Shown: piece after piece, positions 25,105-38,714 of the stretch
How the letters are laid out: each line of letters starts with the position of its first letter
Position numbering within the stretch: the stretch's first letter is position 1
NCBI RefSeq assembly: GCF_001194135.2
Contig: NC_068987.1
Span: 35,330,745-35,394,744, forward strand
DNA: 64,000 nt
Direction of reading: 5' to 3'
Source of the DNA: Octopus bimaculoides
Lineage: Eukaryota
Notes under the pieces: generated by a model
Seen by the model: only the letters and a program-made list of their open reading frames with translations
Database searches by the model: none
What the model was told of the DNA's origin: nothing
Program-made: the position numbers and the translations under genes

Positions 25105-25962
25105 TCAGAGTAGAATTGGATGCTCATATCAAAGAAACCTAGAGCGATCCTCATCGTAACTAGCCACTGTCACCTCTACATGGCCTAAAGCATCTCTCAG
25201 AAGCTGATGTCGAATTTGAAATTGGGGACATCAGGGAGAGAGATGTGAATGATTTTGTAAGAAAAGCTAGAGCAAAGAGTATCCCAGGAGTGATGGCGTC
25301 TCACATAAAATTTATTGATATTGCAATCGTCTACGAAAGAAGCTCTTTGCCTTACTCCGACAGCTATGACACGAAGAGACTCTAGTAGAGGATTGTTGTA
25401 AGGCAGAAGGTATATACCTGCCGAAGGAGGCCGAAGCAGAGACTTTAAAACAGTTTAGGCCGATATCCTTATTGAATGTAGAAGGCAAGATCTTTATAGG
25501 AGTTCTTTCGGGGAGAATAGTGACATATTTACAGAATAACGGATATGTTGGTGAATCTGTTCAAAAGGCCGGAATCCCTCGGATCCCTGGCTCCGTTGAA
25601 CACTGCTTTTCGATTTAGAAAGTGATTCACGATGCTAAACAGAACAAGAGAAGTCTGAATATGGTATGGCTTGACTTATCTAATGCATATAGCTCAGAGC
25701 TATATGAATTGCTGATGGGAGCCATGGACCACATCCACATTCCAGACAACGTGACGAAAATAATGAGGATGTGTTATGACATTATTTACATTATTTACAA
25801 TTGACGGCTACTTGTCCTCACCCTGTTTGTTTTTAACACAACGTTTCGACTTATATACTCTGCAGCCTTCATCAGGTGTCTTGGGGAAATTTCTAACCTG
25901 TGTTCTCATTACTAAGGTATTTTTCTATGTTGCTGTGGTTATTATTATTACTATTATTATTA

Positions 25963-25997
<35 letters not shown>

Positions 25998-28090
25998 GGT
26001 GTTGTTATTATTATTCAGGTCACTGCCTGTAATCGAACTCGGAATCTTGGGGTTAGTAGCCCGCGCTCTTAACCACTACGCTATATGCCCGTGGGCTAAT
26101 GAAGTATCCGTCATTTCTAAATAATATAAATAATGTATATAATTCCTCATCTCTTAAATATAGAACTGTATTACGACAGTTTGAAAACGAGGTTTACAGC
26201 TGGAGATTTTACAACAGATTGGCACCGATTGGAGATTGGCATTGCTGCTGGCTGTACAATATCTGTCACGTGGTTTATCTTAGTCATGGAGATGATTTTG
26301 AAAGCGGTGGATTTTTCGGAACAAATCGCCCATGTACAATCGCCTAAGAAAGCATTCATGGATGACGTGACACTTTTAGCTACAGATAAACAAGTCGTGC
26401 AGAATGCCCTCTTGAGACTAGACGAAATTGTGAAATGGTCAAGGATGCGGTTTAGAACAAAACAGTCGCGTAGTCTGACATTTGCTAAGGGAGTGCAGAA
26501 AGAATTTAAGTTTCGAATAGCTGAAGAAAGTATTCCAACAGTCAAAGAATAACCCGTCAGGAGCTTGGGCTGAGTATTCGCTGGAACATTGTCAGATAGG
26601 AATTGCAGGATAGAAATCATGAAACAAGCCGAGGCTGGATTATCAGCGATTGATAACTCGAAGTTACCAGGTAACTATAAAATTTGGTTCTTGCACTTGG
26701 GCTTGTACCCGCGACTTTCGTGGCCACATTTAATATACTAAGTAGCCTTGTCACGAGTTCAGATCTTTGAACAAAAATGTAATGTGTTCATTAGAAAGTT
26801 GCTAGGCCTACCTTGGATGTTCAATAGTTCCGCACATTATCGTAAAAGAGGTTCTTTGCAGTTATCACTAGCATCAATAATCGAAATATATAAACTGGGT
26901 AAGATACGGATGTTGATGATGCTGAGAGAATCGAAGTACATGGAAATCAGGCGTAACCCATCAGAGTGAAGTGGAAAGCAGAAGAGACTAATGACACCTT
27001 GTCTTCTCTTACACACAGAGATATGGTGGGTACAACGCAAAACCTTCGGAAAGGACTTGGTTTTGGCGCAGATCAGATCAGACCGTTTGCAAGTATGATG
27101 CGGAGCGAACGCAGATCTGTTGTTAGCAACAGAGTCAATGCGTGGGAAGCAGAGATAAAAGAGCGCCATTTGATCCGATGTACTCAACAAACACAGCTGA
27201 CGACTTGGGAAGAACACGTTGTTGAGAGGAAAATAAGTTCGGATGAGATGTGGAATTGGACAACATCTCGGCTAGGTTTTTTGATTCGTTCATCCTATGA
27301 CGCTTTGCCATCACCTTCAAATCTAGTAAGAGAGAACGTCTTACAGAATGACACATGCAAACTCGAAAACTCGGAAAGGTAGACACACTGAAACATATTC
27401 TTTGCAACTGTTCATTAGCTTTGAACAGGTATACATGTAGACACAATCTGGTCCTTAAAGTTATCTTCAATGCTATAAAGAACAACATTGATCTCATCTA
27501 CGGTGAGAAAAAAAAACGTTGAAAGTACTAACTAGAGATTTCATTACCTTTGTGCGCTCAGGTCAGCAGATCCGTTTCAAGAAGAACAATAAACTTCCTG
27601 TGAGAGATGGAAATGACCATAGGGAGGCAACTGCAGATTTGCCAGGGTGCCAGGGTCTCTTTCCTATCCCAGTTACGAAAACAAAACGGACATTGTAATG
27701 TGGTGTGAAGGAAATAAAGTTGTAAATCTAATCGAGTTAACGGTTCCTCATGAAGATAACATGGCCGCCGCTCGGGCTTGAACGTTTGACCATTATGTAA
27801 ACCTCCTCGAGGAATGTGAAGACGCAGGCTGGAAAGCGCAGCATTTTCCAATCGAAGTTGGATATAAAGGGCTTATTGGTCAAAGTGTGAGATGACTGTT
27901 GTTATCGTTAGGCCTAACTCATCGTAAGGTAAATACCACTATGAACAATATCCAAAATATAGTGAAGGCTAGCCACTGGATTTGGTTAAAAATAGACGAT
28001 GAGCGATGGCTAGTGAAATATTGAGCTATACTTAATAACCAGTTGATCTAACGAGCGGGGCACTTCCAGTTGTTCATAACATTATCCGTA
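25105..28090 (+). mobile_element. HERO-clade RLE non-LTR retrotransposon, 5'-truncated and degraded, interrupted by a short element at 25782-26166
   Basis: FVRKARAKS.PG; QFRPISLLNVEGKIF; VQKAGIP; VWLDLSNAY; LEIGIAAGCTISV; KAFMDDVTLL; FLIRSSYDALPSPSNL; HIL.NC..AL.RYT.RHN.VL; DIVMW..IELTVPHEDN; FPIEVG.KG; ASHWIW. Confidence 0.85.
25782..26166 (-). mobile_element. tRNA-headed hammerhead element (copy 3) with short inverted 3' tail, nested in the HERO RT
   Basis: Hammerhead core intact on the minus strand at 25835-25882; tRNA-like head at about 26015-26092; inverted tail at 26100-26166; TSD TGTGTTATGACA (25770-25781) / TGTATTACGACA (26167-26178). Confidence 0.85.
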
Positions 28091-28689
28091 GATTCAAATC
28101 CATTAATTTTCTAACATACTAATGCATTATTTTACCAACAGTATTGGGTTTCCATTTATACAGTAAACCAGTTTAGGCAACACTTTTTCGAGACAATGAT
28201 TTCGGCCGATTTTCTTCACACTTCTATATGCTATCTCACTGACATCTATTAAGAGGTATTCGTTCTCATTTCCGTTATTCTTGTTCTCGTTGTTGTTCTT
28301 CTCATCTTCCTTGTGACTGTTGTTCATTTCATTTGCTTTGCTATTTTTGTTGGTGCCATTTTAGTCATCAAGCACTGGTTGCAATGTGATAGCGTTTGAT
28401 AACGATGGGAAAATAGTGACGAAGAATCTCACTCGATCTATATTTTCCTTCCCATTTCTACTTGCAGAAAAATTTGAGTCCATATTTTGTTGTCTTTAAA
28501 ATTATTAAATTTTGGAAGACGAAACGCAAATTCAAAGCTCAAAAGGATCATCGAAACCTTCTACTACTAATATTGCTAGTTTACGTATAAAACAAAACAA
28601 CAAAGAAAACTAAAATAATGCCCTTTAAAATGATAAAATTTAACAATGTTCAGAGGCTTCGAACAGACGCACTTTCGTAGCAATTCCAA

Positions 28690-28825
28690 GAACAACAATA
28701 ATAATAATCCTCTCTATTATAGGTGCAAGAACTGAGATTGTTAGTCGATTATATCGATAGCAATTCCTGACAGGTAGTTATTTTAGCGACCCCGTATGGA
28801 TGAAACACAAAGTGATGAGCAGAAT
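28690..28825 (-). mobile_element. Partial, diverged SINE (family of 57991-58186)
   Basis: GTCGATTATATCGA..TTATTTTAGCGACCCCG.ATGGATGAAA.ACAAAGT matches the 3' half of that family. Confidence 0.5.
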
Positions 28826-28859
28826 ATTTGGTAAACATCAAACACGACCTGCTATAGTA

Positions 28860-29420
28860 TGCTGGTAATGCTGAACGATTTACAAAACAATGGATATGAG
28901 TGTGCTAATGGAATCCGATCTCGAATAGCCAACGAGAGAGAAGAAAGTCTACACCGCATGGAAGTACATGTTCAGTCCCACCGTGAAACCAACAACTTAA
29001 AAGACCAGGAAGCATCATGGAGGTGGCTCAACAAGGGTAATCTAAAAAAGAGAAGTGAAAGTCTAATGATCGCTGCAAGGCATCAGGCATTGAATACTTA
29101 CTTAGTGAAAAGGGATATATACCACTCAAGTGTAACGAACCTCTGTAGAATGTGTAGGAAGTGGGTCGAAAGCGTGACTCACTTTGTTTGTGCTTGTGAA
29201 AGCCTTGCACAGAAAGAGTACACGTATAGATACGACAAGGTAGACCAAAACCTTCAGTGGCTACTTTGCCGGAAGTATGGACACGAGGTAACGGGTGCCT
29301 GATACCAACATACACTGGACAATGTAATGGACGAAAAGAAGGAGGCAACAACCCTCTGGGATTTTGACCTATGACGTCTAAACTAACAGGAATAAGACCG
29401 AACCTGAGAGAAACCAAAAT
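28860..29420 (+). mobile_element. R4/Dong-clade C-terminal fragment with CCHC zinc finger
   Basis: ORF 28859-29302: SWRWLNKGNLKKRSESLMIAARHQALNT..CRMC..VESVTHFVCACESLAQKEY..RYDKV..LQWLLC; followed by TLWDF and an (AAT)/(GAT)n tract. Confidence 0.8.
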
Positions 29421-29619
29421 TACAATAATTAAAACAATAATATTAATGATGAAGATGATGATGATGATGATGAAGATTTTAAATTTTGGTACAAGGTCAG
29501 CAATTTAGGGGAAAGGGGATTTTCAATTACATCGATTATAGACGTAAAGACGGACAAACTATCGGTAAGCACTTTGCCCGGCGTACTAACGATTCCACCA
29601 GCTCACCACCTAATAATAA

Positions 29620-29698
29620 TACTAATACCACAAATAATAATGATAATATTAATGATGATGATAATAATAATAATAATAATAATAACAAAAATAATAAT

Positions 29699-29748
<50 letters not shown>

Positions 29749-29782
29749 CAACAACAACAACAACAACAATAATAATAATAAC

Positions 29783-29818
<36 letters not shown>

Positions 29819-29860
29819 AATAACAATAGTAATAATAATAATAACAATAGTAATAATAAT
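29620..29860 (+). repeat. Long (AAT)n/(AAC)n microsatellite
   Basis: Direct reading; it explains the poly-N/I/L ORFs. Confidence 0.95.
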
Positions 29861-30664
29861 AGGCAGCAACAAAGAACAAGATAAGCAAATGGAAGTTTGA
29901 AATATAAATAGAAGACGTAAAAGAATGTGGCAACATTTTATCATTCGAAAGATTATTATTCAGTTTTTTTTGTTTTTTTTTTATTCGGATTGATATTCTC
30001 TAAATAGCAATGCTGTTGATGGGGGAGTTGGAAGAACATTAAATACAACGTTATGATCCATAAAATATATGCGAGTATAATGAGCCAACGCATAATCGAT
30101 TTACCTGAATCATACAATCTACATATTCACCTATATTCATTCACCTCGATTAATCTATCGATTTTGATTGGTGTTGAGGTTGGAGGAGAAATGAAATACG
30201 TAAGTCTTCATTGGAAGTGCTATTAGAATACGAGCATTTATTCGTGAAATAAACTTTATTAAAGACAAAGTACAAATATACAAATAAACATGTAAACACC
30301 GTTGACGAAAATTCTAAAAGCATTGAATACGTAAGAGATATACTTTAGATAATTTCAATCAACGAACCAATGAAAAGGCTTATGTATATACTGATTCGAC
30401 TTTTCACTCGGTGTTAAAATATAAATGGTTAGACAGCTACTTCTGAATTTTCAATTAGGGGACATATATCAACTACTTTTGGTAGTATAGTTATCGATAG
30501 ATGCATACACTTACACAGAAATATATAACACTCAAACTTAAAATTTCAACTAAATTTTATTGTTTTGATGCTTTGTATGCTGTATATATGTATACTCAAA
30601 TGCACCGCACACACACACACATGTATACATATATTCATGTACATATAAATACATACATATGTAT

Positions 30665-30845
<181 letters not shown>

Positions 30846-32474
30846 TAAGTGTTATTGTGTTTCTGGATGCTCACATACGCGCACAAACACACATAATTCC
30901 AAGAGTTAAGTAAAATCCTTCATGAGCACTTCGTCAATTCAAGACATGTATAAAACATGTTATTATCTTCATAGAATGAATATTAAATCTTAATTGAAGA
31001 ATAGAGAAGTCAAATAAATTTCGCATATGATTTGATGAACAAATGCAATCTATTTCACATTGCATAGTAATTATGCAATTTATGATTTCAAATTACTGCA
31101 GGATAAATAGTAACACATCTCACTTGCTCTTTTTATTGTGCACATTTTGTTGTTTACACTTCAATGGGAATAATGATCGTCGTATGAAAATAAATCTTCT
31201 GTGTATACCAGTTGGAATGCTTCTTATAATCTGTGAATTTAACTATTTACTTTATTGTTCTTAACTTCATGTAGAATAAATGTCATGGGCTAAATGTTTG
31301 TAAATTTTCTCGCGAAAAGAATATTACAATGGTCTGCAGACCAAAATTAGCTTTCGCCGAGATGATATAGGGCATTGACTTATACACATAGCTTTGTGTA
31401 CAGCTGTGTGTGATTGCTGTTGCATATATTATATGAGAATTCTATTTTTGTTTGGTTTTTCTTTTGTTAGTGCGAGGAAATATCCTGCTATCAAATTTAT
31501 GAGGAAGTTACTGTCTAACGAGTTTCAGATCTCCTGCTGTTTTAATTATCCAGAGCTTAAAAGGAGAACGGTTAATAAGGAGTCATCTTGGGTTCTAACA
31601 CAGCAGATACGATAGGTTAGATGAGGAAAATTCTGATGTTCATTATTTTATCAGTCTTCACAGGGACTATATTGTATAATCGGTAATGTGTTGAAAATAT
31701 CTTCTGGGATATACGTTCCGAAATCTGAAACTTAAGAGTTCCTGCCCAGTCGAAAACATATTTCCTTTTCATCTTTTCTTGATCGATAACATACAGTACC
31801 ATAGAAGAAAGGAGGTCGATTTATTCGATATCTGTTCCCTCAAAACTATTCGCCTGGTACTGAATCAGAAATGATTTTATCTTTTCTTCTAAGTTTCTTA
31901 TGATGTTGATGTTATGCTTGTGTATTTGCGTGTGTGTGTCATCATATATATGTGTATATTTCTGCATGTGTGAGTGTTTGTATGCGTGTGTATATGTATG
32001 TTTGTGTGTGTATACACGGAAAAAGAAGGAAAATAGAGAACATTATATATGTGCTAATAACTGTTGATAAACAATATATTAAGTTGGATTTCTTTAATTT
32101 TCCCATCACAAAATCGGAGCAACTTTATATGATAAACGGTATTAGTGTGTGTCCCTGTATATACGTGTTCGTGCGTGTGCATATATGTGTGTATGCATTA
32201 GCATATTGTTTAGTCTCTAACATTTTATATATACTTGAAATGCTAAAACTGGTACAGAATCTCCACTTCCATATCATTAATTAACTGAGAATTATTAAAC
32301 CTTTTTTAGTGGATAGAAGGGTTTACGAAATACGTTGTCAAATAACAGTGAAGTGATGCTGCCAAGAAAGATGAAATGAAATTTCATATTTGTTTCAATA
32401 TTAGTAACACATAAATAACGCATGCCAAAATGCTTCCAAAACATTTTACTTTGCAGGATAATGAGCTTCCTTAC

Positions 32475-32547
32475 AAGAGCATAGTCATTCGACACTTCGA
32501 ATTCTTCTTCATCTACCATTCGAAGATTAGCATAGGGGGAGATCTGA
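32475..32547 (-). CDS. Candidate internal coding exon (QISPYANLRMVDEEEFEVSNDYAL)
   Basis: Acceptor cattcactttAG (alternative AG gives start 32543), donor CTT|GTAAGG; open frame within ORF 32295-32633; ends in phase 0. Confidence 0.3.
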
Positions 32548-33679
32548 CTAAAGTGAATGTATGTACAAGATCTTTTTATGTGTATATTTGAATAGGGATG
32601 GGCTTTTATCGGTGTGTATGCGGAAACATCCACACATATGCATAAGTATCAGGAACATATTTCTTCAGAATCTCCCTCACAAACTTCGACTATAATAATT
32701 TGAAAGTTCAACTTTCGGTACGAATTTTGACTTGCCACATGATTCCCCATTACACGGTAAAATCAATTAACACATTTCTGAACAATTCATCAATTTATTC
32801 AGAGGAGGCACAACCCAGAATTCTCATTTAAAAGAACTAAAAGAAAGATATTTTATTTACCTGGATTTATTCTCATTCCTTAGGTAATCTCAAGGTAGTT
32901 ATACATCTGTATATACATACATATAAACACACACACACATACACACACACACANNNNNNNNNNNNNNNNNNNNNNNNNNNNNNNNNNNNNNNNNNNNNNN
33001 NNNNNNNNNNNNNNNNNNNNNNNNNNNNNNNNNNNNNNNNNNNNNNNNNNNNNTTATAACCAACTGAATACTAATGTCTTATTTCTTCCCTGTGGTAAAG
33101 GGATGCATATAATATTTATGAGCATAACTAACCAAGAGCTCTGAACGCACACTTGTCCTTTATTCAAAATAGACACAAGTCTTCTTGTCTTAGATTCAAT
33201 AGTTGATAAAGAGATACGTGAATTAGAAATCTATTACAACCCTACAATATCACTATGCTCCATGCGATTCTTAGAAGTTTGTAGTCTATTCTTAGCTACA
33301 AAGGAGTAAGTGATGTTGATATAGATGTAATCTTCTCTTCAGGGAAATACATAGGATCCAAGTTAACCGTAAGACATTTTAACCGAATGTGATAACTTTG
33401 GGTAGAGAAGATTGCTACCTATTTTATTTGTAAAAAAACCGTTGGAGGTTACAACGCTACGAGACAGTACGTTGGACAACGAGGGAAGAAAAGAAGGAAA
33501 CGAAGAAATTTAGAATTTAGAATGGGAAGTCAATAAAATGATTTAAAACCCGATAAAAATGGGAGAAGAATGTTTTATGTATAATGAGACCGCAAAGAGG
33601 AATTAAACTTGTATTTATACATGCAGTGTTGACATAAATATATATACAAACACAAGTTCATATACATACATTGATATGT

Positions 33680-33738
33680 ACACACACACACACGCACGCT
33701 CACACACACACATACCCACACACACACACAAACACACA

Positions 33739-33788
<50 letters not shown>

Positions 33789-33870
33789 CATATATACATA
33801 CATGCACACATATATACACACACATACACATACATGCATATACATATATTTGTACGCATATACACACAAT
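33680..33870 (+). repeat. (CA)n/(TA)n compound microsatellite
   Basis: Direct reading. Confidence 0.95.
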
Positions 33871-34956
33871 AGTCGTGTGGTGATGAATATTAAGGCACTG
33901 CTATATGTATAGTAAAATGGTGCTTATATTAACTGGTAAGATATTAAGTGAATGACAATTTATAAAGGTGATGGATGGTCTATTAATCTAAAGAGAGAGA
34001 GAGCCTGTTTTTAAGTTAGATGGAAATTAGAGGGGGCAAAAAGGGGGTTAAAGGAGTAAAAATNNNNNNNNNNNNNNNNNNNNNNNNNNNNNNNNNNNNN
34101 NNNNNNNNNNNNNNNNNNNNNNNNNNNNNNNNNNNNNNNNNNNNNNNNNNNNNNNNNNNNNNNNNNNNNNNNNNNNNNNNNNNNNNNNNNNNNNNNNNNN
34201 NNNNNNNNNNNNNNNNNNNNNNNNNNNNNATATATATATATATATATATATAAGACGGTACTTCTTCAATATTCCACCCATCAATTCCACTCGTAAGTCA
34301 TTTGCTGGACCGCGGCTACAGTAGAAGTCACTTGACCTAGTTTCCACATAATGCGACTGGTCAAGTAATCCTTTGTGCATTTGCGTGTGTGAATGTGTTT
34401 GTGTGCATGTGTATCTATGAATGTGTAAACTAATATCGCTATCTTGAATCTCTCCATGTCTTTCATATTTATACTTGTCTTCTAGGTACCTGTCACCCCT
34501 TCCATGCCTTTTCGTCTCGATAAATTGTTATTTGTTAGGCTCTGAGTTGATGAGTTTCTGTAGAAATCCATGTAAGTGTATATATTTGTAGGCATGGTAT
34601 TTTTCCAGAGCATCTTTTTGCGCATAATACTTGTTCAAATCGGAATGATTTTATGATACTATTTTCAATGCCTTAACTTTTGCTTTTACCTGGTTCTGGT
34701 TCTTTATTTGAAAAATTAAAGATAATTATAATAATTTGAATTTACATTGCGCCTTCAACAAATTCTGTCAAAATGAACCATACTTGTCAATATGTTCTCC
34801 GTATTTCACCAACTCGTTTTGCGTAAATCCATTTGCATAAATGTTCTGTTAATAAATATCTACATATTATGGGTTCTGAATACTGTTTAAATAATAGTCT
34901 GTAAGCGGCAAGAATTTGGAGGAAAGTGACTTGCCTATTACAACTGCTCCATGATT

Positions 34957-35025
34957 AATATGTACTTGTTTTATCGACCCCGAAGAATGAAAGGCAATGT
35001 CGACTTCAGCAGAATTTGAACTTAT
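34957..35025 (-). mobile_element. SINE fragment (family of 57991-58186)
   Basis: GTACTTGTTTTATCGACCCCGAAGAATGAAAGGCAATGTCGACTTCAGCAGAATTTGAACT. Confidence 0.7.
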
Positions 35026-36020
35026 ATCATAAAGGATGAAAAATAGTCTATACAAAATGATTGATATGATATCTTTACTCACAGAAGCACTTATTGTCTT
35101 AATCTTTAAATGTATGTTGTTATTTATACATTTATATCTTAACAGACCGAAAATGAATATTTATGTATATAAGCCTAATTATTTCTAGAGACATACAGAC
35201 TAAGTCTATTACGTGATTATGCTCATATTGACTAATAAATATGCATTTGTCTCCGAGATTATTTATATATTGATATTTTCGTTGTCATAATCGCAGCGTG
35301 ACCTTCATCAGAAACGAAATGTATCCACATATGTTAAGCATCAACATACTAAAGTCATAAGTTTTGTATGCATAATAAATATAAGAATGTGTTCGTTGTA
35401 GATAAAGATTGCCACCGCAACGTCGACCATAAACGTACATATAACTTTTCAGCACTTCACGCCAGTAATATTAGCAGTCGGCATTAATTTCCCCACTAAA
35501 TACTGAAACGTGACATCGGCCTATTAATGAAATATCAGTGAATAACACAGTCTGACAGTTGGTTTTCAATATTCTTAGGATCCTATTGTTCTCCATACAA
35601 GAAGAAACTGTCTTTAATTTCCTGTCAACTTCAATTTCCCCTTTTGTCCTACAATGTTAAGAACCAAGTTTATTTCCAAACTTGTCTGTTATTTTTTTCC
35701 TCGTATTTACAGGTGGCAGTTTCTTTTTTAATATGAGTTAATTTCTATTTAGTTGTCGATTATTTAAATCCTGTTTATACGCGATTCTTGTTATTGTCAT
35801 AGTTAGAGAGAAATAAAGCCAGTATTGTGTTGGAGGGTGTTTGAAATATTCTTTTTTTAATGAAATGTCCGTAGCAGCCAAAAGTTGAAGATTTGAGCTA
35901 TTGAATTACTTAATCAATATGAGCGAAATACACACATACGCAAAAGACACTGCTCACACGTAGAAACATCCAAATGAGCACTTTTCATATACATATTTGA
36001 ATATGTATATGAACGTTCAT

Positions 36021-36069
<49 letters not shown>

Positions 36070-36439
36070 ATGTATATGTATATGTATGTATATGTATATG
36101 TATGTATGCAGGCATGTGAACATGTGTGTGTCGAGAGAGGGAGAGAGAGAGAGAGGGGTGATGAAGAGTGTTAATAAAGAAAGTGAGAGAGAAAGAAAGA
36201 GAGAGAGGCAAAGTTGCAGACATACAGAAGAGAGAGAATAAGACAAAAGGTAGAAATGATGAATGCATACAATCGAGTAATTTTCGTAGTAGTTCTTGGA
36301 CAGGCCTACATAATGAAGCCCGTTGCTATTTAGTTCAAAGTTTGGGCTTTTAATCTGTGACGGCATATTCTTAATAGTCGTATGTGAGATGTGTTACAGC
36401 CCACAACTTACTCTTACTCTTTTTTCCTGTTTCTGTTTT

Positions 36440-36620
36440 ACCTGCATTTCGAAGGGGCAGCCTTGTCACACTCTGTGTCAGGTTGAATGTCTCCGAGTAA
36501 TATAGTAAGGGTACATGTGCCTGAAAGAGTACTCAGCCACTTGCACGTTCATTTCCCAAGCAGGGTGTCCCGTTGATTAATTCGAGTGGAACCCTCGTCG
36601 TCGTAAAAGACAGAGTGCAA
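36440..36620 (+). mobile_element. SINE 3' body (family of 6705-6895)
   Basis: GCAGCCTTGTCACACT..CAGCCACTTGCACGTT..GGAACCCTCGTCGTCGTAA. Confidence 0.7.
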
Positions 36621-36642
36621 TGATAATATATATGTATGTATG

Positions 36643-36723
<81 letters not shown>

Positions 36724-37674
36724 ATCAAGAGAGAGAGAGAGAGAGAGAGAATTAGAGAATTAAAAACTGAAAATGTTCAGAAGATGAACACACGGATATA
36801 TGCATATAAATATTTATTTACATTGAGTACAAAAGATATACAAGGCCGAGAAAAACGACATGGAACTGAAGCTTTGTGGACTATCAAAAGACATTCGATA
36901 TAAATGATATGCAGTGTAGAGGACAATTCGTGACCGCAAAACCACAGGATAAACAATTGCAACGTAGTTGCTTACCGTAGATGGTAAGCATGAGTGCTTA
37001 CAAACATATAATGTTTTCGTTCTCCTGTAGGGAGAAAATATTTGAAGACAAAAAGTATAATAGAAGAAAATTCAAATGGTTATATATATACATGTCCCGT
37101 GATGTCTACAGAGTATTGCACGCAAGGTTCCCAACAATTGTGGCAATTTTAGGATTGGTGAGTAAAGAGTGTCAGGTCATGCTGCTTCGCATCTCTCCTT
37201 AGAGTAATAGGATTAAAACTGTTGCATAAATTGATCAAGATGTTGTACTCCGTTTTTAAGCATTGGATAGTTTAAAGACACAGTGGAAGGAAATATGCAT
37301 TTCACCTCTCATAAAGGNNNNNNNNNNGATGTATCACTAAATTCGAAGCGTTCAACATTACCATGGACTTCTGCGTTTCAAACGGTGTTGAAAAGGAGAT
37401 TAATCAACATCATTACAATGACTCAGCATCCCCCAGGGCCGCCACTGTCTCAATACATAATGATGTCCGAAATACATAAGGATCATTACTGTGGGCAAGT
37501 CAACCATTTCGGTCCCGCATCGAGGCAGTGTTGTAATCATAAAGGTGGTTTGATACAATAATTTTATAAGAAAATTCACGGAGAACAGGTGCACAAATTA
37601 TTATTAAAATACTTATGATTCTTGCTACATTTGTTTTGTTCGATTAAATTACTCAATATATCTCCTAATAACTA

Positions 37675-37885
37675 TCTTTTACTTATTTCAGTTAATAGAC
37701 TGCGGTGATGCTGGCTAACCGCCTCGAAATACTTTATCCAATTTATAGACGGCATTACTTATATCTTTTAAACTTCGTGCTTATTCTGTAGGTCTGTTTT
37801 CCTGAACCACTAAGTCAATGGGACGTAAGCACACCAACGGTGATAGTCAAATGGTGGTTGGAGACCAAGATAAACAGAAGACATA
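37675..37885 (-). mobile_element. Diverged SINE 3' segment (family of 20385-20600)
   Basis: TTTTACTTATTTCAGT..GACTGCGG..ATGCTGG and GAACCACTAAGT..GGGACGTAAGCACACCAAC blocks. Confidence 0.6.
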
Positions 37886-37890
37886 AATAT

Positions 37891-38373
37891 GTGTGTATGT
37901 ATATATGTGTGTTTGTTTGTGTGTGTATGCATATACGTATGTATATCAGTTGAATAAAGTTAAAATACCGTCTGGTTTTCACGTTTTTTATTATGGTATT
38001 TTAATATAAAATATATATTGTAATACTCATAAAGTTAAATTAGCGCTTTCAAACGTAGAGTACAATTGGGTTAATAAAAGAATAATAACTATCAATGCGC
38101 AACTACACTTGGCAACAATGCGGGCTTACGAAACGCAGCAATACTGGGCTTAGTAAATTAATCTNNNNNNNNNNNNNNNNNNNNNNNNNNNNNNNNNNNN
38201 NNNNNNNNNNNNNNNNNNNNNNNNNNNNNNNNNNNNNNNNNNNNNNNNNNNNNNNNNNNNNNNNNNNNNNNNNNNNNNNNNNNNNNNNNNNNNNNNNNNN
38301 NNNNNNNNNNNNNNNNNNNNNNNNNNNNNNNNNNNNNNNNNNNNNNNNNNNNNNNNNNNNNNNNNNNNNNNNN

Positions 38374-38428
<55 letters not shown>

Positions 38429-38714
38429 CTGTGTGTCTGTGTGTGTATGTATATATGTGTGTTTGTTTGTGTGTGTATGCATATACGTATGTATATCAGT
38501 TGAATAAAGTTAAAATACCGTCTGGTTTTCACGTTTTTTATTATGGTATTTTAATATAAAATATATATTGTAATACTCATAAAGTTAAATTAGCGCTTTC
38601 ATACGTAGAGTACAATTGCGTTAATAAAAGAATAATAACTATCAATGCGCAACTACACTTGGCAACAATGCGGGCTTACGAAACGCAGCAATACTGGGCT
38701 TAGTAAATTAATCT
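37891..38714 (+). repeat. 274-bp near-identical direct duplication across a gap (37891-38164 and 38441-38714), probable assembly artefact
   Basis: Offset 550; only two differences seen (38052/38602, 38069/38619); the first copy ends exactly at the N-run. Confidence 0.85.

Noticed and set aside
31471-31615. Strong plus-strand acceptor followed by a short open frame; also a 33-nt AG..GTAAGT interval at 34539-34571
   Set aside because: No recognisable protein; such signals are expected by chance in AT-rich DNA.
37380-37561. HYCGQVNHFGPASRQCC, reminiscent of galaxin-like Cys repeats
   Set aside because: Single copy, with no convincing splice sites or further repeats.
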